A stretch of DNA of 63,974 nt, filler included, from Sluysia triapertura (lineage: Eukaryota): NCBI GenBank assembly GCA_046118255.1. It is 4 parts of 4 records of this genome, joined end to end, with 100 filler letters (N's around TTAATTAATTAA, not from the genome) between each part and the next. Parts side by side here need not be neighbours in the genome. Positions count along the whole stretch, not along the records: positions 13,420 to 40,740 come from JBJNIA010044349.1; 3 more parts are not named here. One strand, given 5' to 3'. This document shows, in pieces, positions 25,296 through 34,920 of this stretch. The notes under the pieces are model-generated. The model worked only from the letters and a program-made list of their open reading frames with translations. It made no database searches and was not told the DNA's origin. The translations under genes were made by a program, and so were the position numbers. Numbering within the stretch: position 1 is the stretch's first letter; the number at the start of each line of letters is the position of its first letter.

Positions 25296-27101
25296 TTAGT
25301 TTTTCTCAGGTTTTTGTTTTTGATGAGTATTGCGATATCATAATCATCATCCTATTAATCCAATTAATGCTAAACCACCAAGAACAATTATTATAATTGC
25401 TCATACTGGGAAGGTGTTTGGAATAGTTTTTGGTATGTCAGGAACTAGTGTGCTTCCGTCATTACTTTTATCCCCAGCTTTTGGTATAACTGGCTTATCA
25501 GTTGTATGTCCTATTTGTAATAAATATTGAATGTTATTTCCTAATTTATCTTGAATAGTTATTAAATATAAACCATAAACTAGGGCAAGATTTCCTGCTT
25601 TCTGTAGATTGGTTGGCGTACCTACAGCAAGAATTTTGCCATTTTCAAATGTACACTTTTGATAAATGGAATTTGTTAAATCTAAAATTGGGTCATCTAA
25701 AGTATATTTTAGATTTGGCATACCATTGTCCCCTTGAACAAATAAAAAATTAATACTATCTTTCCCTCAATTGTATTGACCTAAATACTGGGTTAGTTTG
25801 TAAGCACTATCTATGGAAAATTGATTTGTAGAAGGGTCGATTGATTGTTTGATGTAGAAATAATAGCTTAATAAAAAACCACTTGTTTTTGTTACTACGA
25901 TAGTAAAAATACCTTTATTTTCTTTACTTGTTAATACATATTTAAAATCAGTAACATTAGTATGATCTACACCATTAATAGTGATTTTATTAACCTCACT
26001 ATTTTTTGAATAAAATGTAGTATCGCCATTAATAAATTTATATGTTTGCCCTTGAAATATAGATTCTACTTCTTTTGCTCCTTTGGTATCATACCCTATA
26101 CCTGAATAATTTTCACTAGTTGATTCTCACAAACCATGATTTCTTGTTCCCACTCAAACATTTCCCACATTGTCTTGAATAATTGAATCTATATATCAAT
26201 CACTGCCGATACCACCATTAACCTTATTAAAATTTAATCCATCAGTAGATTTTCATAAACCATTTTTATCACTTCCTAACCATATATTTCCGAACCTATC
26301 TTGAAAAATTCAGAATATATTTCAATTATTTCCTATCCCGCCATTTACTTGGGTAAAATTTACTCCATTAGTAGATTTTCAAAGACCATTCTGAACAACC
26401 CCAGCTCATATATTTCCGGATTTATCTTGAATAATTGAGTATATATCTCAACTACTTAATAACCCACCACTAACTTGGGTAAAATTTACTCCATCTGTAG
26501 ATTTTCATAAACCATTATTGCCGGTTCCAACTCATATATTTCCAGATTTATCTTGAATAATTGAGTATATAATTCAATTATTTCCTATTCCACCATTAAC
26601 TTGACTAAAATTTGTTCCATCACTAGATTTTCACAAACCATTAAAACTTGTTCCCACTCAAATATTCCCTTTATTATCTTGAAAAATATTAATAATATAT
26701 CCGATATTATTTCCAACAATTACTTTGGTAAAATTTACTCCATCTGTGGATTTTCATAAACCATTACTGTTGGTTGCAACTCATATATTTCCAGATTTAT
26801 CTTGAATAATTGATAATATACTTCAATTAATTTCTAACCCGCCATTTACTTGGGTAAAATTTACTCCATTAGTAGATTTTCATAAACCATTTTTTTCAGT
26901 CCCTACTCAAAGAGTTCCGTTTTTATCTTGAAAAGTAGAATATATTGATCAATTACTTTCAATGCCGCCACCAATATTTGTAAAAGTAAAATTTACATCC
27001 TTTAAAGATTGTGAAACAATATTATAAGTAGCTTGAGTAATAGTTCCCACACCAAAACTTAAAATTCCTATCATTCCAAAACTAGCTAATAATTTTTTCA
27101 C
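25296..27101 (-). CDS. Beta-propeller surface protein, copy 3 (601 aa, GTG start)
   Basis: MKKLLASFGMIGILSFGVGTITQATYN; seven blades; stalk; TM; tail WWLWYRNTHQKQKPEKN*. Confidence 0.9.
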
Positions 27102-27145
27102 ATTTATTCCTAAATATTTTTTTATTATCTTTATACACTATTCTA

Positions 27146-27151
27146 ATTATA
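27146..27151 (-). promoter_or_regulatory. Putative -10 box (TATAAT) for copy 3
   Basis: AGAGTATAATT, conserved with the upstream region of copy 6. Confidence 0.5.
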
Positions 27152-27394
27152 CTCTTTGCTGCGTTTACTAACTATTTATTGAGTAATTAATTATATTTTT
27201 GTTTATTAATTTTAATTACTCAATAATAATTATTAAATAGTTATAAATAGGCATTGTAGTTAAAATAACTATAATGCCAAGAAATTATGCCTTGTTTTAT
27301 ATGATTTATAAAACTGAATAAAGCTATTTATATGAAATCAAATACTAATAATTTCTAAAGCTATTATGGATTATAGAAATTATTATCACTTACA

Positions 27395-29206
27395 TTAGTG
27401 TTTCTCAGGTTTTTGTTCTTGACGAGTTTTGCGATATCAGAATCATCATCCTATTAATCCAATTAATGCTAAACCACCAAGAATAATTATTATAATGGCT
27501 CATACTGGGAAGGCATTGGAAATAGTTTTTCCAGGAACTAGTTGGTCTCCGCTGTCATTTTTATCATTATCCCTTGGTATAACTGGTTTATCGGTAGATT
27601 TAGCAATTTGTAATAAATACTGAATTTTATTTCCTAGTTTATCTTGAATAGTAATTAAATATAATCCATAACCAGCAATCATTCCAGGTTGCACTAGATT
27701 AATTGGTTTCCCTACAACAAGAATTTTGCCATTTTCAAATGTACAATCTTGATAAGTTGAATTTGTTAAATCTAAAATTGGGTCATTTAAAGTATATTTT
27801 AGACTTGGAATACCAGTATCACCTCGGAGGAATAAAAAATTAATGTTATCTTGCCCTCAATCATATTTACCTGAATATTGTGCTAAAGTATTTGGGGAAT
27901 CAGCAAAAAATGCATTTGTTGATGGATCGATCGCTTGTTTAATATAAAAATAATAACTTAATGTAAGTTTATTTGTTTTTGTTACAACGATAGTAAAAAT
28001 ACCTTTGTCTTCTTTGCTTGTTAAAGTATATTTAAAATCACTAACATCAGTATAGTCTTTCCCATTTATGGTAATTTTATTAACCTGACTATTTTTTGAG
28101 TAAAAATCAGTATTACCATTAATGAATTTATATGTTTGACCATTAAATACAGATTCAACTTCTTTTGCCCCTCTAGTATCGTACCCCACCCCAACAAAAC
28201 TTTCATCAATTGATTCTCATAAACCGTTGTCTTTAGTACTAACTCAAATATCTCCGTCTTTATCTTGATAAAGTGATGCTATATTTCATTGGTTTCCTAA
28301 CCCACCACCAACTAGATTAAAATTCACTCCATCAGTAGATTTTCATAAACCATTTAGAGCTGTCCCGAATCATATGTCTCCTATTTTATCTTGTAAAATT
28401 GTATCTACATAAATCTCACTAGGTAAATTTCCTCCTGTAAATATTTTAAAATTTACTCCATCGGTAGATTTTCATAAACCATATATGCCTGCCCCAACTC
28501 AAATATTCCCGGCCTTATCTTGGTAAAGTTCTACTATATTTCAACTACTTCCGATTCCTCCACCAACTTTGTTAAAACTTATTCCTCCATTAGTTGTTTT
28601 AAATAGTCCATTTCGTTCTGTCCCAACTCAAATATTTCCAGTTTTATCTTGAAACACCATATTTATATTTCAATTACTTCCAATGATTCCATTACTAATT
28701 ATTTGTGTAAAATTCAATCCATCAGTAGATTTTCATAGACCATTACCTCAAGTTGAGACTCAAATATTTCCGGCTTTATCTTGAAATAATGATTGTATAT
28801 CCCAATTACTCCCGATTCCCCCACCAACTTTGGTAAAATTTACACCATTGCCAGATTTTCATAAACCTTCAGAAAAGGTTGCCACTCAAATATTGCCAAA
28901 TGTATCAATAATAGCTGAATATATATTTCAATTACTTCCGATTCCCCCGCCTACTTGGGTAAAATTCACTCCATTAGTAGATTTTCATAAACCATTCTTT
29001 CATGTTCCTACTCATATAGTTCCGGACTTATCTTGCAAAGTAAATCTTATATTTCAATTACCCCCAATTCCCCCGCCTACTGATTTAAAAGTAAAATTTA
29101 TATCTTTTAAAGATTGGGAAACAATATTATAAGTGGCTTGGGTAATTGTTCCTACGCCAAAACTTAAAATACCTATGATGCTCATGTTAGATAATAATTT
29201 CTTCAT
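27395..29206 (-). CDS. Beta-propeller surface protein, copy 4 (603 aa)
   Basis: AGGAG RBS; MKKLLSNMSIIGILSFGVG; same architecture; start and stop in frame. Confidence 0.9.
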
Positions 29207-29214
29207 ATTGCTCC

Positions 29215-29520
29215 TAATATTATTTATTATACTTGGTTTTTTAATAGTATTTTCCCCTCTATTACTGTTCTATTTCAAATAAATAATTTCTTTTTTGATA
29301 TTAAAATGAATGATTTTAAATGTGTTTTAAAATTTAAATTTTTATTGTTAATCATACATGGATAATTAACATAAAACTTACAATAATAGTTAAAGTTAAA
29401 ATAACTAGAATTACAAAAGTAATTACTGTAATTATTTAAATAATTAATAGAACCGATGAAACTATCTATATAAGATCAAAACCAATAATTTCTAAAGCTA
29501 TTATGGATTATAGAAATTAT
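29215..29520 (-). pseudogene. Frameshifted remnant of the small membrane gene at 31348-31767
   Basis: Shared blocks AGTTAAAATAACTAGAATTA, TTTTAAAATTTAAATTTTTATT and GATATTAAAAT; FVILVILT segment followed by stops. Confidence 0.65.
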
Positions 29521-29531
29521 TATTAGTTATA

Positions 29532-31334
29532 TTAGTTTTTCACGGATTTTTGTTTTTGATGAGTATTACGATATCACAATCATCATCCTATTAATCCGAT
29601 TAATACTGACCCACCAAGAACAATTATCACAATGGCTCACACCGGGAAGGAATTAGCAGTAGGTTTTGCAGGTAATATTGTTGTTCCGTTTTCGTTTTTA
29701 GATACTACTGGTTTATCAGTTGTTTTACCAATTTGTAATAAATATTGAATTTTATTTCCTAATTTATCTTGAATAGTTATTAAATATAAACCATGACCTG
29801 GGGCAATGCTTCCAGGATTATTTGCTAGATTAGTTGGCTTTCCTACAACAAGAATTTTTCCATTTTCAAACGTACATTCTTGATAAGTGGAATTCGTTAA
29901 ATCTAAAATTGGATCATTTAAGGTATATGTTAGATTTGGTGTACCTTTATCCCCTTGAAGAAATAAAAAATTAATGTTATCTTGCCCTCAATCGTATACA
30001 ACTGAATATTGAGATAACTTATAATTATTGTCAGTAGAAAAGATATTTGTTGACGGATCAATTGTTTTTTTAATGTAAAAATAATAGTTCAATGTAAGAT
30101 TATTTGTTTTGGTTACAACAATATTAAAAATACCTTTATTTTCTTTATTTGTTAAAGTATATTTAAAATCAGCAACATTAGTATGATCTTTCCCATTTAT
30201 CGTAATTTTATTAACTGAACTATTTTTTGAGTAAAATGTAGTATCACTATTGATAAATTTATATGTTTGCCTTTGAAATGTGGATTCTACTTCTTTTCCT
30301 CCATTGGTATTGTACCCTACACCCGAAAAACCTTCATCGGTAGATTTTCATAAACCATAGGATTGTGTTGATACTCAAATATCTCCAACATTATCTTGAT
30401 AAATTGAATTTATACCTCAATTAATTGCTAATCCTCCGCTAACTTGGGTAAAATTTACTCCATCTGTAGATTTTCATAAACCCTTATTCGTTGCAAATCA
30501 AATGTTGCCAATTTTATCTTGGCAAATTAAATATATGAAAGAAATACTACCAATATTCCCGGTAATTTTGTTAAATGTTTTTCCATCATCTATAGACTTT
30601 CATAAACCATTACCCGTAACTCCTACTCATATATTTCCGGTCTTATCTACACATATACTATCTATGCTTCAATTGATTTCAATACCTCCACTAACTTGTA
30701 TAAAATTTATTCCATCAGTAGATTTTCAAAGACCATTCATAGAAGTCCCTACTCAGTAATTACCTTTATTATCCTGAGTAATTGGAGTTATGTCTCAGCC
30801 ACTACTTGCACTAGAGCCCACATTTACTCGTTCAAAAGTTTTTCCATCATCTGATTTATATAAACCGTGCCCACTAGTTCCAACTCAAATATTTCCTAAT
30901 TTATCTTGAAACAAGTAATTTACATTCCAACTGGTTACTAATCCGCTACCTATTTGAGTGAAAGTTACTCCATCATTAGTTGATTTTCATAAACCATTAT
31001 CTCGCGTGCCAACTCAAATATTACCTAACTTATCTTGAAGCATTGTTTGTATATGTCAATCTTTACCTATTAGACCGGTTATTTGTGTAAAATTCACTCC
31101 ATCAGTAGATTTTCATAAACCTTTTCCGCCAGGGGCAACTCAAATATTCCCTAACTTATCTTGAAAAGTAAAAATTATTCTTCAACTACTTTCAATACCA
31201 CCACTAACTTGCGTAAAAGTAAAATTTATATCTTTTAGAGTTTGAGAAACAATGTTATAAGTGGCTTGGGTAATTGTTCCTACGCCAAAACTTAAAATAC
31301 CCACCATTCCCAAACTAGCTAATATTTTTTTCAT
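29532..31334 (-). CDS. Beta-propeller surface protein, copy 5 (600 aa)
   Basis: AGGAG RBS; MKKILASLGMVGILSFGVG; same architecture; absent from the ORF track because of frequent TGA-Trp. Confidence 0.9.
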
Positions 31335-31347
31335 ATTTACTCCTACA

Positions 31348-31767
31348 CTATTTACTTATTATATTTAGTTCTTCATTATATTTTTTTACTTGATATCATT
31401 CTTCTCCAAATAAATAATGTTCTTTCTGAATATTAAAATAAGTTCTTTGAAATCTATTTTTAAAATTTAAATTTTTATTTTTTAATCATTCATTAATAAT
31501 CAATACAGCACTTATAATGGCCATTATAGTTAAAATAACTAGAATTATAAAAGGAATTGGTATAGTACTTAATGGATTATAGAAGCTTGTAAAAACATCT
31601 GTATTAACCAATAAACTAATAAACGCTAAAATTATAAAGTTTGCTATTACAAACCGAATATAAAAGAAAATTCAAACATATTTAATTTTGTATTTAAAAA
31701 ATGTATTAATAGTGAATTTAATAGGATAATAAAAAATGTATTTTAATATCTTAAATATTATTGACAT
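31348..31767 (-). CDS. Small membrane protein (139 aa in code 4), 2-3 TM, immediately upstream of copy 5
   Basis: MSIIFKILKYIFYYP...PFIILVILTIMAIISAVLIINEWLKNKNLNF...NIISK*; stop abuts the RBS of copy 5. Confidence 0.7.
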
Positions 31768-31981
31768 ATATCTTATTTTACAACTTTTTACTTAGTGTAT
31801 TTTAGAGTTATTTATTTTATTTATCATATAAACAATTATTTATTCAATAAATTAACTAATAATGATATATTACTCTAGTAATATCATAACTAACTCAACA
31901 CATTTAACATTTTTCAATATAGTTAATTATTTATTTTTGCAACTTAATTAACTAACTTTGTTAATTTAAAATATTTTGTTC

Positions 31982-33820
31982 TTATAAATGAGAATTTTTA
32001 TTTTTACTATAAGTGTTTTCTTGATTTTGTTTTTTATGAGAACGGCGATAAAACAGCAATCATCATATTAAACCAATTAATGCTATGCCACCAAGAACAA
32101 TCAATACAATTGCCCACACTGGGAAGGTATTATTGGAAACAGGTTTTGGTATATCTGGGGATACCGGCTCTGGGGGGTTATTTTTATCCTCAGGGTTAGG
32201 TATAACTGGCTTATCGGTGGTTTTCCCAATTTGTAATAAATATTGAATTTTATTTCCGATTTTATCTTGAATAGTTACTAGATATAAACCATAACCTGGG
32301 GCAATGCTTCCAGTTTGCATTAGATTAGTTGGTTTCCCTACGGCAAGAATTTTGCCATTTTCAAATGTGCAACTTTGATAAGTAGAATTCGTTAAATCTA
32401 AAATTGGGTCATTTAAAATATATTTTAGACCCGGCGAGCCACTATCTCCTTGGAGGAATAAAAAATTAATGTTATCTTGCCCTCAATCATATTTACCTGA
32501 ATATTGTGCTAAATTATTTTGGGATTCAGTAGAAAAGACATTTGTTGCTGGGTCAATCGCTTTTTTAATGTAAAAATAATAGTTTAATGAAAGGCCATTT
32601 GTTTTGGATACAACAATATTAAAAATACCATTGTTTTCTTTGTTTGTTAATGTATAGTTAAAATCACCAGTATTAGCATGATCTTTCCCATTTATTGTAA
32701 TTTTATCAATTGTACTATTCTTTACATAAAATTTAGCATCGTCACTTATAAATTTATATGTTTGACCCTGATATGTGGATTCTATTTCTTTTCCTGAGGT
32801 AGTGTATCCAACTCCAGTAAAATTTTCGTCTGTAGATTTTCACAAACCCTCATTCATTGTTCCTACTAATATATTATCTTTATTGTCTTGATAAATAGAA
32901 TATAGCATCCAATCATTTCCGATTCCTCCACCAACTTGGGTAAAATTTGTTCCATCCGTAGATTTTCATAGGCCTTTGACACCTGTTCCGACTCACAAGA
33001 ATCCCATTTTATCTTGAAATATTGAGAATATGGTTTCTGTAGCTGGTATTCCGCTAGTTACTTTGGTAAAAGAATTTCCCCCATTAGTAGATTTTCATAA
33101 GCCATCCTCTGATCCGACCCAAATATTTCCTAATTTATCCTGAAAAAGTGATTTTATAGTTAATTTACTTGTTATCCCACCACTAACTTGAGTAAAATTT
33201 ACACCATTAGTAGATTTTCATAGGCCTTTGTTATTTATTCCTGCCCACATATTTCCATTTTTATCTTGAAGCAAACTATTTATCGGTCAACCGATTCCTA
33301 TTTCAAAGCCAACTTGAAAAAAATCAGAGCCTCCATTAGTAGATTTTCATAAGCCATTATTGGCTGTTCCAATAAATATATGCTCATTTTGATTTATATA
33401 TAAGCTTTGTATGCTTCAATCTAATCCTATCATCTTGCCAACTTGGGTAAAATTCACTCCATCAGTAGATTTTCACAAACCATTACCTTGAGTACCCACT
33501 CATAAATTACCCGTTTTATCTTGACATAGATTTGAAATATTTCAATCCTTCCCAATTCCTCCACCAACTTGGGTAAAATTAACTCCGTCAGTAGATTTTC
33601 ATAAACCGTTACTAATAGTTGCAACTCAAATATTTCCATTTTTATCTTGAAAAATATTATATATTGTTCATTTACTTCCGATTCCCGCAGATACTTTATT
33701 AAAAGTAAAATTTACATCCTTTAAAGATTGCGAAACAATATTGTAAGTAGCTTGAGTAATTGTCCCAACACTAAAACTTAGGATTCCTATCATTCCTAAA
33801 CTAGTTAATCATTTTTTCAT
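31982..33820 (-). CDS. Beta-propeller surface protein, copy 6 (612 aa)
   Basis: AAGGA RBS; MKKWLTSLGMIGILSFSVG; seven blades; stalk; linker IPNPEDKNNPPEPVSPDIPKP; TM. Confidence 0.9.
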
Positions 33821-33864
33821 AGTCATCCTTAAATATTTTTTATTATCTTTAATAATCTATTTTA

Positions 33865-33870
33865 ATTATA
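33865..33870 (-). promoter_or_regulatory. Putative -10 box (TATAAT) for copy 6
   Basis: AGAGTATAATT about 45 nt upstream of the start codon. Confidence 0.5.
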
Positions 33871-33910
33871 CTCTTCGTTATATTTGACTAACTATTTACT
33901 TAGGAATTAA

Positions 33911-34906
33911 TTATATTTTTGTTGACTTTTTTTGATCGTCAAACTTATCATATGCCTTAACTATTTCTTTAACAAGTGGATTACGAACAATATCTCCTTC
34001 TGTTAATTTAACTAACTTAATGCTCTTAACATTTTTTAATATATTTAATGCGGATAACAATCCAGAAACGACATTAAATTTTAAATCTATTTGAGTAATA
34101 TCCCCTGTAATAACCATTTTGCTATTAAATCCAAGTCTTGTTAAAAATAATTTCATTTGATTAAAATTACTATTTTGGGCTTCATCTAAAATTACAAAGC
34201 AATTATCAAATGTTCTTCCGCGCATAAAGGCAAGGGGGGCTATTTCAATAACATTTGTTTTTAATAAATTCTCAGTTTTTTCTTTTCCTAGAATAAAATA
34301 CAAAGAATCATATAAAGGAATCAAATAAGGGTCAATTTTTTCTTTTAATCCACCTGGTAAGAATCCTAACTCTTCTCCTGCTTCGATAGCTGGTCTAGAT
34401 AAAATAATTTTTTTAATTAAGTTACTTTTAAGCATCTCGATTGCATAAACCATTGCAATAAATGTTTTCCCAGAACCAGCCGGTCCAATACAAAAAATTA
34501 ATTCATTGTTTTGTAATATATTTAAATATTCAACTTGTCCTAATGTTTTAGGATAAATTTTTCGACCCTCATAATTTGATGTAATTGGCTTTTCATATAG
34601 CTCTTTTATTTCATCTTTTTTATCATCTTCTAGTATATTTTTGTTATTTGAACATAAATAATTAATATCTCATGAACGAATTTTATTAGATTTATCTTTA
34701 TTTGATATATCTATTAATGTTTTTATAATAGAAAGTACTTTTTTAGCTTTCTCTTCACTATCAGCATTAATAATAATGTATGATGGTTGAATTTCTATGA
34801 ATGTATTTGTTTTTTCTTCTAATAGATTAATGTTTCGGTTATTAACACCAACTACATTAGTAATATTTTGAATTATTGGGTCTATATTATATTTAAATGG
34901 TTTCAT
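33911..34906 (-). CDS. phoH: PhoH-like ATPase, 331 aa in code 4
   Basis: GPAGSGKT, RPAIEAGEELGFLPG, LAFMRGRT, ILDEAQN, GDITQIDL; joined through TGA at 34670. Confidence 0.97.
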
Positions 34907-34920
34907 TGGTTTATTTTTCC

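Noticed and set aside
22680-33720. CRISPR array (recurrent GTAGATTTTCATAAACC every ~130 bp)
   Set aside because: The repeats are in-frame coding blades (GLWKST)
21828-33820. Diversity-generating retroelement or invertase shufflon behind the array variation
   Set aside because: No reverse transcriptase, recombinase, template repeat or inverted copies in the contig, and I saw no adenine-specific pattern; a trans-acting factor elsewhere cannot be excluded
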